Shown piece after piece: positions 1 through 9,695 of a DNA stretch of 56,298 bases. Origin of the DNA: a virus (Duplodnaviria; Caudoviricetes). The stretch is from positions 1 to 56,298 of the IMG/VR virus record IMGVR_UViG_3300045999_003132, one strand, 5' to 3'. Position 1 is the first letter of the stretch. Each line of letters starts with the position of its first letter. The notes beneath the pieces are model-generated. The model searched no databases. It was not told where the DNA came from and saw only the letters and a program-made list of their open reading frames with translations. The position numbers and the translations under genes are program-made.

Positions 1-119
1 GGGAAAGACGCATAACAGGCGTTCTGACCGATTTTGCCCACTTTACGAGGAAATGCCCCAAGTTCACTCCGATTCTTTCCAAGGTGCTTTATTTCTCGTA
101 ATTTCGCAATCTTTGTCCC

Positions 120-665
120 GTGGCACGTCAAAGAGTTAAACCCACGTCTGAAATCATCAGTATCAGCAAGTTCGCTGAGATTGTAGGCTGTACCGAAGGG
201 ACGGTTAGGAATGCTGTTCGCGCTGGTAAGATTGTCGATTCGGTCGTTAGGGATATTGAGACGGGTAAGCTGAAAGGCATCTATTGGGAACGGGGAAGGA
301 TTGAGTGGGCCAGCAACTTTGAGGCGGGCGGTGCTGCTGATACGGTGGCAAGGGGCTTGGCGAAGGTGGATGAGGGTATCAGGGACTTCAATGACAGCAG
401 GGCTGCGAAGGAACACTATCAGGCGGAGTTGGCGAGGTTGGAGTTCGAGGAGAAGGAAAGGCAGTTGTTGAAGCGGTCGGATGTTGAAAGGCAGTTGTAC
501 GCCTATGCTAAGGAGGTGGCGGTCGAACTAAGGGCCGTGGGCAGGCTGTGCGCCCCCGAAGTGGTGGGGCTTGGTGACATAGTGGAAGTTGAAAGAATGG
601 TCAACCGTTTTGTGGATGATGCGTTGAACAAGTTGACCGAGGTTGTTGCACGTGACTTTAATTAA
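120..665 (+). CDS. terS: Terminase small subunit, lambda Nu1-like (module A)
   Basis: N-terminal wHTH-like segment (ISKFAEIVGCTEGTVRNAV) and Nu1-like coiled coil (RAAKEHYQAELARLEFEEKERQLL); GTG start. Confidence 0.75.
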   Translation: MARQRVKPTSEIISISKFAEIVGCTEGTVRNAVRAGKIVDSVVRDIETGKLKGIYWERGRIEWASNFEAGGAADTVARGLAKVDEGIRDFNDSRAAKEHYQAELARLEFEEKERQLLKRSDVERQLYAYAKEVAVELRAVGRLCAPEVVGLGDIVEVERMVNRFVDDALNKLTEVVARDFN

Positions 666-666
666 C

Positions 667-674
667 TAACTTTG
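667..674 (+). promoter_or_regulatory. Bacteroidota-type -7 promoter element TAACTTTG
   Basis: Matches TAnnTTTG in the gap before the sheath gene. Confidence 0.6.
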
Positions 675-693
675 CAGCCAAACCGATAGAACC

Positions 694-2103
694 ATGTCAG
701 GATTCTTCCACGGGGCCGAAACTACGATAGCCCCATCAGCAATTCAGCCAGTCACTACCGTACCGACAGGCATAATCGGTCTTGTGGGGTGCGCTCCGCA
801 AGGGCCGCAGAACACCTTGACCTTTGTGAACAGCAGACAGGACGCGGAGCAGTTCGGTGGTTCGCTGTTCCCTGCAACAATCAACAGGTCGCTTGACTTC
901 ATCTTCAATCAGGGAGGTGCGCAGGTGATTGTGGTGAACGTGTTCGACCCTGCAACGATGAACGACCTGATAACTCAGGAGGCGGTGTCGATAAGCAACG
1001 GTCGTGCGCAGTTGGACAACGCTGTTCTCTTTGAGGCTGGCGACCCCGTTGTTGCGGGTGGTTCACCTTGGACTACCTACACCGTTGACATTGATTACAC
1101 TATTGACGAGTACGGTCTTTTCAAAATAGTCCCTAACGGTTCTATTGCGGAGGGTGATACCGTCTATGTGACCTATTACACTCCTGACTACACAGGACTT
1201 GTTGCTGCCGATTTCGTTGGTGTGACAACCCCTGCAAGGACTGGTTTCAAGTTGTTCGTGGAAAGTTTCGACACGTTCGGTGTGAATCCGAAAATCTTCA
1301 TCTGCCCTGAGTTCTCCGCTATTGCTTCGGTGATGTTGGAGATGGAGGTTCAGGCGACCGCTTTCCGTGGTGTCGCCTACGTTGACGCTATTGAAGGACA
1401 GACACGGGCGCAGCTTATCACGGCCCGTACAACTTCTGGAACATCCTTCTCAAGCGTATCGCGCAGGGTTGTCCCTTGCGGCCCTTGGCACAAGTCGTTC
1501 GACTTCAAGGGAGCGTTGGACAACTACCCGTTGTCAGCATGGGCGGCAGGTGTCACAGCCGCTACCGATGCGACTGAGGGGTACTGGGTAAGCCCATCGA
1601 ACCACGTTGTTGTCGGTGTCGTTGACGCTGAGTATTCAATGGTGGGTCAGGGCATCAACGACCCATCGAGTGACGCTAACCTGTTGAACGCTGCGGGTAT
1701 CGTGACCACCTTGAAGGTAGGCGGTGGCCGTAGGTTGTGGGGTAACAGAAGCGCGGCTTGGCCGTCAGATTCAGACCCTCGCAACTTCATCCCCGTTCAA
1801 AGGGTTGAAAGCACGTTGCATGAGAGTTTGGAGAAGGCCATGTTGCCTTATATCGACCGTCCGAACGACCAAGCTACCCGCGATGCCATCAAGGGTACTG
1901 CGAACGCTTACATTGCGTCCTTGGTTCAGAACGGTGCGCTGTTGGCGGGTTCGGAGTGTATCTACGACCCTGCGGACAATCCAGCTATCGACTTGGCGGC
2001 TGGCAAGGTGAAGTTCCGTCTTGTCATCATGCCTCCGACACCTGCTGAAAGAATCACATTCATCAGTTACCTTGACATCAACCTCCTGACTAATATCCAA
2101 TAA
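694..2103 (+). CDS. Contractile tail sheath protein (P2 FI-like)
   Basis: FFHGAET start, IGLVGCAP, GYWVSPSNH, RLWGNRS, PPTPAERITF C-terminus. Confidence 0.95.
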   Translation: MSGFFHGAETTIAPSAIQPVTTVPTGIIGLVGCAPQGPQNTLTFVNSRQDAEQFGGSLFPATINRSLDFIFNQGGAQVIVVNVFDPATMNDLITQEAVSISNGRAQLDNAVLFEAGDPVVAGGSPWTTYTVDIDYTIDEYGLFKIVPNGSIAEGDTVYVTYYTPDYTGLVAADFVGVTTPARTGFKLFVESFDTFGVNPKIFICPEFSAIASVMLEMEVQATAFRGVAYVDAIEGQTRAQLITARTTSGTSFSSVSRRVVPCGPWHKSFDFKGALDNYPLSAWAAGVTAATDATEGYWVSPSNHVVVGVVDAEYSMVGQGINDPSSDANLLNAAGIVTTLKVGGGRRLWGNRSAAWPSDSDPRNFIPVQRVESTLHESLEKAMLPYIDRPNDQATRDAIKGTANAYIASLVQNGALLAGSECIYDPADNPAIDLAAGKVKFRLVIMPPTPAERITFISYLDINLLTNIQ

Positions 2104-2104
2104 G

Positions 2105-2623
2105 ATGGCAGTAGAAGTAAGAAAGCTAACCAACGCCAACGTCTATTTTGACGGGCAGAGTTACTTGGGCAAAGTAATGGAGGTCAATCTCCCCGAAGTT
2201 GCCTTTAAGCAGGTCGAGCATTCGGCCTTGGGTATGCACGGTTCACTTGACATTCCTACGGGGATGGACAAGATGGAGTTGACGATGAATTGGAGTACCG
2301 TTGACCCTGTTGCGTTCAAGAAGATTTCCAACGCTTACACGGCATGGAGTTTTCAGGTGCGTTCAAGCCTTGAGCGGTTTGAATCAACGGGCAGGACGGC
2401 ACAGGACAGCTACGTTGCCTACTTCCGTGGTATGCCTACGAACATCCCTAATCAGGCGTTCAAACAGCACAACAACGTAGAGGCCGAATCTAAGTTCAGC
2501 ATCAGCTACTACAAGTTGGAAATCAACGGGGCGAAAATCTACGAGGTTGACGTTCTGAACAACATCTACATTGTTGACGGGGTTGACCTGTTGGCAACGT
2601 ACCGCGCAAACTTGGGAATCTGA
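2105..2623 (+). CDS. Major tail tube protein (P2 FII-like)
   Basis: LTNANVYFDG, YYKLEINGAKIYEVDVLN, VDGVDLLATYRANLG; follows the sheath gene. Confidence 0.93.
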   Translation: MAVEVRKLTNANVYFDGQSYLGKVMEVNLPEVAFKQVEHSALGMHGSLDIPTGMDKMELTMNWSTVDPVAFKKISNAYTAWSFQVRSSLERFESTGRTAQDSYVAYFRGMPTNIPNQAFKQHNNVEAESKFSISYYKLEINGAKIYEVDVLNNIYIVDGVDLLATYRANLGI

Positions 2624-2646
2624 GGTATCAGACGACACCGAGCAGT

Positions 2647-2678
2647 AAAGGGGGTGCGGCATTGCTGCGCCCCTTTTT
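2647..2678 (+). terminator. Rho-independent terminator after the tube gene
   Basis: AAAGGGGGTGCGGC-ATT-GCTGCGCCCCTTTTT hairpin with U tract. Confidence 0.75.
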
Positions 2679-2710
2679 GTTACCTTTGACCGCTAACTAA
2701 AAACACAACA

Positions 2711-3049
2711 ATGGCAGAAAGTACAGGAGTGACAGCCAAAAAAGAAACGGTACTTGAGTACCTTACACGTAAGGCGAAGGAACAGCGTGAGGCGTTCGAC
2801 CTGCCAAGCGGACTGAAATGCAGGATGGCGTTCTTCAATGGTAAGACGGCCATGCGATGCACACAGATAGCCGCTGGGGATGAGGGTCTTGCCTATGCTG
2901 CGATAATCGCTGAGACGTGTGAGTTCAGTACGGACGGCAATGAATGGACGAAACTGATTGCGGAGGACGTGAAGGAGTTCTTGGACGGTCTTGATTGGCT
3001 TTCTCTGTTGGGAAAGTTGAGCGGGGCATCATCGGAAGGGGGCAAGTGA
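2711..3049 (+). CDS. Tail assembly chaperone (gpE/G-like)
   Basis: Lies between tube and tape measure; contains the slippery site G GGA AAG. Confidence 0.8.
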   Translation: MAESTGVTAKKETVLEYLTRKAKEQREAFDLPSGLKCRMAFFNGKTAMRCTQIAAGDEGLAYAAIIAETCEFSTDGNEWTKLIAEDVKEFLDGLDWLSLLGKLSGASSEGGK

Positions 3050-3174
3050 TGTTCCTTGCGCATTTCAGCAGCACGGGAATTGATGTGTTGTTGGATATGC
3101 CCGCGAATGAGTTGAAGGATTGGTATGACGAGGCTATAAAGCTGCACAATTCAATGAACCGAACGGATGGCTAA
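3010..3174 (+). CDS. -1 frameshift extension of the tail chaperone (gpE'/T-like)
   Basis: GGGAAAG at 3010-3016 is in the correct phase; the -1 frame is open to TAA 3172-3174 and reads ...MFLAHFSSTGIDVLLDMPANELKDWYDEAIKLH... Confidence 0.8.
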   Translation, partial: GKVERGIIGRGQVMFLAHFSSTGIDVLLDMPANELKDWYDEAIKLHNSMNRTDG

Positions 3175-4930
3175 TCCAATGCGTCTTACGCTTCATCTGA
3201 CTGCCGTGGACAACATGAGCAGGGTGGTATCGAGTGCCATGCGTAACAGCATGAACGCGGTGCATTCCGCTGAGGCTCAGTCGCGCAAGACGGCAGGCGA
3301 GGCCCGTGAAGGGATGTTCGATGCGGGGATGATGGCCGCTGGCGGGGCTGCTGCCTTGGCGTACCCGTTGAAGATGGCTGCTAACTATGAGCGGCTGCGT
3401 ATCCAGATGAACATTCTTACCCGTAGCACGGTAGAAGGTGGCAAGGCGTATAATTCGGTGCTGAAACTTGCCCGTGAAACGCCTCTTACGCTTTCAGAGG
3501 TCGCAACCGCTCAAACCCGTCTTATGGGTTACGGCCAATCGGCCCGTGACGCTGCTTCTGCCGTTAAGATGCTTGGTGACATCACATCGGTAACGCAAGG
3601 TGATTTACAGGGGGCTATTGTGGCCTATGGTCAGGCGGCACAGGAGGGGAAGATGCTGACCCGTGACGTTCGGCAGTTCATCAATTCGGGTGTTCCTGCC
3701 GTGTCCATATTGCAGGACATGTTGGGTAAGGACGCGGACATTTTTAAGATGGCCGAGGAAGGGAAGATAACATTTGACCTTCTGCAAAAAGCAATGACTG
3801 AGGCAACGGCCAAAGGCGGCATGTTCGCTAACGGTCTTAAAGTGCAGGCCGACACGCTGCAAGGTACATGGGTAAAGTTCACTGACAGCATTGAACAGAC
3901 GGCAGCGGTTTTCGGAACGTCCATGATACCAGCGGCAAAGGCCTTGCTAACTCCGCTCATGCAAGGGTTGGATGCCATTGGAAAGTTCATGAGTGAACAC
4001 AAGATATTGGCTCAGGCCATAATGATTGCGGTGGGGGCATTCACCTTGATAGCGTCTGGCGTGTTCGTCTATTCATCGGCCTTATGGATAGCAAACACTA
4101 CGGTTGGAATGTTGATTCTAACATCATTGCGATTCCCGTTCACATTGCTGATAGGTGGTTTCAAGGCGTTAAATTGGTCGCTTTTCGGAACCGTTGAACG
4201 GTTGGTAATGGTGATTGGGTGGATGAGAACATTTGCGCTTACTACCATACCCGCTTTTGTAGCTGGAACCATTGCGGCTATTGCTAAGACAAACATTTGG
4301 ATAGCATCACTGACTGGACTTAGCGCAACAATCTATGGCATACCGTTATTGGGATGGATTCTTGCGGTAACAGCCGCCATAATCGCCATCGGGGTAGCCA
4401 TCTACAAGAATTGGGATGCTGTGTCTGGATTCTTCAAAATGATGTGGAATGAGTTCAATGACTTTCTCCCAAAGGCAAAACAATGGGGTGGCGACCTTAT
4501 TCGGTCAATTAAGGATGGCATAGTTGGTGAGGCTCCTATGCTGTTCGCTGCTGTGGGCAAGGTTGTTGAGTTTACGAGGGGATTCTTCCCTGCGTCACCC
4601 GCCAAACATGGGGCGTTCAAGGACATTCACCGTATCAAAATCATCGAACAGGTCGCTAAGACGGTAAAAGCAAGCCCATTGCGCGATGCGATAGGCCGTG
4701 CTACCGATACGGCCATGAGCGGATTCGGTGGCGGTGCTACTGCTACACCCGCATTCGCTACGGTAGGAGGCGGGTCTGTGGCTGTGAATTACAGCCCTAC
4801 AATCAACTTCGGAGGCGGTGCAAGTGAGGTTGAACGGGCCTCTTTGATGGAGCAGTTGAACGCACACAAGGACGCGGTCGCCCGTATGGTGCAGGACGCT
4901 ATGAGGTCTAACGATAGAAAGCGGTTCTGA
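3167..4930 (+). CDS. Tape measure protein (module A, 587 aa)
   Basis: LTAVDNMS start, tape-measure core (ARETPLTLSEV, GQAAQEGK), hydrophobic stretches, IYKNWD, FFPASPAKHG. Confidence 0.9.
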   Translation: MANPMRLTLHLTAVDNMSRVVSSAMRNSMNAVHSAEAQSRKTAGEAREGMFDAGMMAAGGAAALAYPLKMAANYERLRIQMNILTRSTVEGGKAYNSVLKLARETPLTLSEVATAQTRLMGYGQSARDAASAVKMLGDITSVTQGDLQGAIVAYGQAAQEGKMLTRDVRQFINSGVPAVSILQDMLGKDADIFKMAEEGKITFDLLQKAMTEATAKGGMFANGLKVQADTLQGTWVKFTDSIEQTAAVFGTSMIPAAKALLTPLMQGLDAIGKFMSEHKILAQAIMIAVGAFTLIASGVFVYSSALWIANTTVGMLILTSLRFPFTLLIGGFKALNWSLFGTVERLVMVIGWMRTFALTTIPAFVAGTIAAIAKTNIWIASLTGLSATIYGIPLLGWILAVTAAIIAIGVAIYKNWDAVSGFFKMMWNEFNDFLPKAKQWGGDLIRSIKDGIVGEAPMLFAAVGKVVEFTRGFFPASPAKHGAFKDIHRIKIIEQVAKTVKASPLRDAIGRATDTAMSGFGGGATATPAFATVGGGSVAVNYSPTINFGGGASEVERASLMEQLNAHKDAVARMVQDAMRSNDRKRF

Positions 4931-5424
4931 TGCTAAGGTTCGGTCGCGTTTCTGATATTGACGCAAGCAGGGGCATGGCCCGTGTGTCGTTCGTTGAGGA
5001 TGGCACGGCCTCCGATTGGATGTCGGTCATCGTAGCCAAGACAGGGGATGAAAAGTTCTTCTACCTTCCTGACGTGAATGAACAGGTGGCTTGCTTGATG
5101 GGTAAGGGGTCGCTCCGTGGCGTTATCCTTGGTGCGGTATATTCCGATGCGAGGACACCCGACAGCGGCAATAGCGGAGAAGGTGTTCTGAGCGTTGTGT
5201 TCAGCAATGGTGACAAGATCAAGTATGACGGTTCAACGGGCGCAATGGACATCACGGCAAGCGGTGGTGTGACCATCAACGGCAATCTTACGGTGAACGG
5301 TTCGGTGGATGCAAGTCAGGACGTTACAGCGGGGCCGCTCAACGTATCTTTGACAGGACACACCCATGTAGTCGCAGGGGTTCAGGTCGGTTCAGGTTCA
5401 GTAACTACTAATCCTCCATTGTGA
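4930..5424 (+). CDS. Baseplate spike (gpV)
   Basis: OB-fold start (RFGRVSDID..RVSF, PDVNEQV..GVILGAVY) and C-terminal HxH (GHTH). Confidence 0.9.
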   Translation: MLRFGRVSDIDASRGMARVSFVEDGTASDWMSVIVAKTGDEKFFYLPDVNEQVACLMGKGSLRGVILGAVYSDARTPDSGNSGEGVLSVVFSNGDKIKYDGSTGAMDITASGGVTINGNLTVNGSVDASQDVTAGPLNVSLTGHTHVVAGVQVGSGSVTTNPPL

Positions 5425-5849
5425 TGCAGGTGACACTCACATCCGACATCAATTCAACGATGTGGTCGATGTCCACAACGGACTATGGGGCGGTCGTTAC
5501 TGACCTTGACGACATCATTCAATGCGTTCTCATCATCCTCTCAACCAACAAGGGTAGTGAGCCGTTCCGTCCTGAGTTCGGGTTCAACCTGAATGAGTTG
5601 GTCGATAAGCCTGTGAACTTTGTGATACCGAACGGAAAACTTGGCATATTGGACGCGCTTGCCCAATGGGAGCCGCGTGTAACGGTCAGGAGGATAGAAC
5701 ACACGCTGAACATCTCACACGTTACATTCAAAGTTTTCTGTGCGACCAATTTGGGTAACTTTGCGGTTGCAGTACCAATCTCACCAAACTACACGCCTCA
5801 ATCGCTGGGGGCTTTCAGCAGCGGATTCAGTAGCGGGTTCTCGATATGA
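5421..5849 (+). CDS. Baseplate wedge gpW/gp25-like
   Basis: DIIQCVLIILSTNKGSEPFRPEFG, ALAQWEPRV; extra C-terminal GAFSSGFSSGFSI tail. Confidence 0.88.
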   Translation: MMQVTLTSDINSTMWSMSTTDYGAVVTDLDDIIQCVLIILSTNKGSEPFRPEFGFNLNELVDKPVNFVIPNGKLGILDALAQWEPRVTVRRIEHTLNISHVTFKVFCATNLGNFAVAVPISPNYTPQSLGAFSSGFSSGFSI

Positions 5850-7060
5850 AACGGATAACAACCATACTACTTCTACTTTGCACCATCAGCGCGTTCGGTC
5901 AGTCCGACACGGCAGCAGTCAAGGCTTTGATAAACAGCAATTTCCCTGACAATACGAGCAACTACATCACCCCTGCACGTTTGCGCACGGTATCGTTGGA
6001 ACTTATGCGTTCTTCTGCAAACTTGGCTGAGGAGAACACTTTCCTTGAGAGCGTTTCGGTTGAGGACAGCATAAAGTCCGATGTCGGGTTCTACGTGTGG
6101 AACGGTGTTGCTTACGAGGAGATTTCAGGAGGCGGTGACACGGCTAATTGGGCAATATCAGGCGGTTTCATATCACCCGTGAACTTTACGAACAAGCTGA
6201 ACGTGGACACGGCCCGATTCGCTGGCAACATTTACCCTGATGGAAGTGGAGTGAACATTGGCAGGTCGGGGGCTAAGTTTGATACGGTGTTCGCCAATGT
6301 GTTTGACGGTGTAGGTGCTTCTTTGTGGCAATTTTCGGGTGACACGCTAAAGCCTGACTTGTCGCATGACTTCTTTTCGGTAAGTGTGTCGGATGCTGAC
6401 ACGGTATCTACCGTATTGGTCGGTAAGGTATTTGGAGAACAATCAGTCGCCCTAATAACAAGTTCCCCACTTGGAACAGCGTCAGTATCAACCCGAAAAG
6501 GTAGGATTTCTGCAACAGCCCCAATAATAACATTCAACGGGACTGACTACATCAGGTTCAATTCAGACAGCATAGTTCTTGATGGTAACGTACATGCCGA
6601 GGATACCGTTTTTGCCGATGTAATAGATAAGTCCTATGGAGAAATGGGGTTTAGGGACAGCAGCTATACGGTTCCTCTTACGATAGACGTTCCTGCATGG
6701 GCGACTAATGTAGGAAATGACCTTTGGCAGCAGTCGGCCATTGCTATGAAAGATGTAGTTTATGACGGTGATAGCATAGTGGTGAACAGGTCGGGTACTT
6801 ATTACATTTCAGGACATTTGTCGGTAGCAGGCAGTAACGGTGACGTACTTCGGTCTTACACGTATCGCAATGGAACAGCACTTTGCCTATGCTCGCCCGT
6901 GGTGTCACTTGTGAACAGCCGAATAATAACACTTCAACTCAATACTGATATTGCTCAGTTGTCATCGGGTGACGTTTTGAAAGTGTTCATTGAGAACATA
7001 GGAACAAGCAATGACGTTGCGGCAATCAGCGGCAAATTAACCCTTCACAGAATAGACTGA
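5846..7060 (+). CDS. Signal-peptide protein, putative fibre/decoration protein
   Basis: Sec-type signal MKRITTILLLLCTISAFG|Q; beta-rich body; C-terminal region resembles a C1q/TNF-like jelly roll; 10 D(S/T)(A/I/L/V) motifs. Confidence 0.55.
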   Translation: MKRITTILLLLCTISAFGQSDTAAVKALINSNFPDNTSNYITPARLRTVSLELMRSSANLAEENTFLESVSVEDSIKSDVGFYVWNGVAYEEISGGGDTANWAISGGFISPVNFTNKLNVDTARFAGNIYPDGSGVNIGRSGAKFDTVFANVFDGVGASLWQFSGDTLKPDLSHDFFSVSVSDADTVSTVLVGKVFGEQSVALITSSPLGTASVSTRKGRISATAPIITFNGTDYIRFNSDSIVLDGNVHAEDTVFADVIDKSYGEMGFRDSSYTVPLTIDVPAWATNVGNDLWQQSAIAMKDVVYDGDSIVVNRSGTYYISGHLSVAGSNGDVLRSYTYRNGTALCLCSPVVSLVNSRIITLQLNTDIAQLSSGDVLKVFIENIGTSNDVAAISGKLTLHRID

Positions 7061-7302
7061 TGAAAGATTTTCTGAACAAGAGTACAAATGTGCGTCTATT
7101 GCTTGCCCTGTGCATCATCACCCCTGCGATGGTATATGTGTTCATAGCCTCGTTCGGTGACGTTCCCGCTGACAACCAAAGGACGGTTGACACGGTTATC
7201 GGTTTCCTATTGGGAACCCTACTTGCATCAATCGTGTCATACTTCTTCGGGTCAAGCCAAGGAAGTGCGGACAAGGACAAGCTGACAAAGAACCCTGAAT
7301 AA
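7060..7302 (+). CDS. Small two-TM membrane protein, holin-like
   Basis: Two hydrophobic helices and SYFFGSSQGS..KD tail. Confidence 0.55.
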   Translation: MKDFLNKSTNVRLLLALCIITPAMVYVFIASFGDVPADNQRTVDTVIGFLLGTLLASIVSYFFGSSQGSADKDKLTKNPE

Positions 7303-8405
7303 TGCCTGCACCGATTTACATAGAGGTAGCCCCTGAAACGATTGTCAACGAACTTGTGCAATGGTACGAGACGGAGACGGGTAACACGTTACAGCCTGCA
7401 CAGGTTGAACGTCTGATTATTGGTGCGTGGGCTTACCGTGAATCGCTTCTAAGGTCACAGGTTCAAGCAGCGGCAATTCAGAACCTCGTATCGTTCTCTA
7501 CGGAGCCTGTGTTGGACTATCTCGGTGAGTTGGTCGGTGTAGTCCGCAACCCTGCCGCGAACGCGCTTGTGACCATTCAATTCAGCCTTGTAGCGGGACA
7601 TGGTGGCGTTACAATCCCATCAGGTACGCGGGTGGCCTCAACGGATGGACTTGCGGTGTTCGCAACGCAGCAGGACATTATAGTACCCTCGATTAACTTG
7701 ACCGCTACTACCGTATGCGTATCGGTCACGTCAGGTGCGAACTTCAACGGGTACGCGATAGGAACCATCACCAACATCATTGACCCGCAAGCCTACCTTA
7801 CTGGTGCGACCAACACCGACATCAGTGGAGGCGGGTCGAACCGTGAGACGGACGAACAGCTTCGGAACAGGATACGTCTTGCGCCTGATGCGTTCGGAAC
7901 AGCAGGAAGCCAACGCGCCTACATGTATTGGGCATTTACGGCAAATCCAGCCATAATTGACGTATCCGTTCCACTTGTACCCGTTAACGCTGGGGAGGTT
8001 TATGTTTACCCCCTGATGGCAGATGGTATGCCAACGCCTCCTGCTGTTCTTAACCAAGTAGCAGGCGTATTGAGCGGGGAGTACGTCAGGCCGTTGTGTG
8101 ACACGGTTATCGTACAAGCACCTACACAAATCACGTACACGCTATTTGCGAGTATTGTTATATTCAGCAATGCTAACCCGCAAACGGTTCAGCAGGATTG
8201 TCAAGATGCCTTAACGGAGTATTGTTTGCAACAAAGGCAGCGATTAGGCCGTGATGTCACAATAGACCAATTAACGTCCGTAGGCATGGTTGAAGGAGTT
8301 TATTCAATAGATTTTGGAGCGTTCTCAGACATAATAGTAGCCTATAATGAGTACGCTTTTGCTACTGGAGTAGGCGTGGTCGTAACTGGAACCAACGAGG
8401 GATAA
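7302..8405 (+). CDS. Baseplate J-like protein
   Basis: LDYLGELVGVVR, IPSGTRV, GGSNRETDEQLRNRI, AGSQRAY, VRPLCDTV. Confidence 0.93.
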   Translation: MPAPIYIEVAPETIVNELVQWYETETGNTLQPAQVERLIIGAWAYRESLLRSQVQAAAIQNLVSFSTEPVLDYLGELVGVVRNPAANALVTIQFSLVAGHGGVTIPSGTRVASTDGLAVFATQQDIIVPSINLTATTVCVSVTSGANFNGYAIGTITNIIDPQAYLTGATNTDISGGGSNRETDEQLRNRIRLAPDAFGTAGSQRAYMYWAFTANPAIIDVSVPLVPVNAGEVYVYPLMADGMPTPPAVLNQVAGVLSGEYVRPLCDTVIVQAPTQITYTLFASIVIFSNANPQTVQQDCQDALTEYCLQQRQRLGRDVTIDQLTSVGMVEGVYSIDFGAFSDIIVAYNEYAFATGVGVVVTGTNEG

Positions 8406-8408
8406 GCG

Positions 8409-9041
8409 ATGCCAACGGTACTCAGCAGCAGCGTTGCGAACATAGAACACATCCGAATCTTTGACGAGATGGTGGAGCAGCGTTGCGTTGACTTCCCCGT
8501 GGATGTGGTCATGACGTACATGATGCAGATTCTACCCGTCACCGCGTTGCCTACTATGGCGACAGACCTTGGCGTTAACGGCCTCGGAGGATTCGCGCTG
8601 ACCACGACCGAAGCTGAGAAACGCACTATGCTTGCCAATGCGATACAGCGAAGAAAGCGAATAGGAACGATAGGGGCATTGCGCGATGCGATTATGGAAC
8701 TTGGTTATTCACAGCCCATCATCATCGAGGGTGCGGCAAACCTTCCTTGGGTCTATGACGGAAGCTACTTCTTCAATGGTGGCATCAACTTTCAAGGCGG
8801 CAACAACGGATGGGCTACCTTCATGGTGATACTCCCAGAGGCCGAACTTGTCTCACTAACACAAGTGCAGGTCGATCAACTTGTCGCCTATATCAACCAC
8901 TACAAGAACGCACGGTCGAAGCTGATAGGGCTTGGCTACTTCACCACAATACCAGTTACTTATGACGGAATGTTCGTTTATGACGGCTCCGCTTCATTTG
9001 ATGGGATACCCGCTGAAACCGTTAACTTTGTCTTCCCGTAA
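8409..9041 (+). CDS. Baseplate/tail protein I (P2 gpI-like)
   Basis: LPTMATDLGV, RKRIGTIGALRDA, YKNARSKL; follows J. Confidence 0.8.
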   Translation: MPTVLSSSVANIEHIRIFDEMVEQRCVDFPVDVVMTYMMQILPVTALPTMATDLGVNGLGGFALTTTEAEKRTMLANAIQRRKRIGTIGALRDAIMELGYSQPIIIEGAANLPWVYDGSYFFNGGINFQGGNNGWATFMVILPEAELVSLTQVQVDQLVAYINHYKNARSKLIGLGYFTTIPVTYDGMFVYDGSASFDGIPAETVNFVFP

Positions 9042-9053
9042 CAGAACTACCCG

Positions 9054-9695
9054 ATGGCTACTTTTTTAGAGAACGAGAACCTTTACCCTGTTGGCATTTA
9101 TCAGGTGGCAACATCTGACCCCGTGAAAGGCGGAACCATCTCAGGGTCGCTTGACGCGCCTACGGACGGTCAGGCCAACGCGCAAGGTCAGGCATTGGCA
9201 CACAGAACGGCCTACTTGAACAAGCGGATGAATCCCATCGGAGAGGTAATTATGTGGGCTGGAAGTACCGCACCTTACGGGTATCTTATCTGTAACGGTT
9301 CGCAAGTGTCAAGGACGACATACGCGGCCTTGTTCGCCATAGTCGGCACTTCATTCGGTCAGGGTAACGGAACAACTACGTTCCATATTCCAGATTTGCG
9401 AGGCCGATTTGTACGCGGTGTTTCTGACATATCAGGCGTTGACCCTGATGCGGCTTCACGTACAGCGATGAACACGGGCGGTGCAACTGGCAACAGTGTC
9501 GGTTCGGTACAGGCCGATGCGTTTGAGGCGCATACGCACACATTTGAGTCAACAGTTGGCGTTGGAATCATTGACAACCCTCTTGAAAACGACAACGGTG
9601 ATGGCGGTAATGTTGTGACCACATCATCAACAGGCGGCAACGAAACACGCCCCGTGAACGCATACCTGAACTTCATCATCAAAGCCTACAACTGA
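9054..9695 (+). CDS. Short tail fibre with tail-collar domain
   Basis: ANAQGQALAHRTAYL, PIGEVIMWAG, CNGSQVSRTTYAALFAIVG, PDLRGRFVRG, ETRPVN. Confidence 0.88.
   Translation: MATFLENENLYPVGIYQVATSDPVKGGTISGSLDAPTDGQANAQGQALAHRTAYLNKRMNPIGEVIMWAGSTAPYGYLICNGSQVSRTTYAALFAIVGTSFGQGNGTTTFHIPDLRGRFVRGVSDISGVDPDAASRTAMNTGGATGNSVGSVQADAFEAHTHTFESTVGVGIIDNPLENDNGDGGNVVTTSSTGGNETRPVNAYLNFIIKAYN

Noticed and set aside
1-119. cos packaging site upstream of terS
   Set aside because: Plausible by position, but no supporting repeat or symmetry is visible in the 119 bp available
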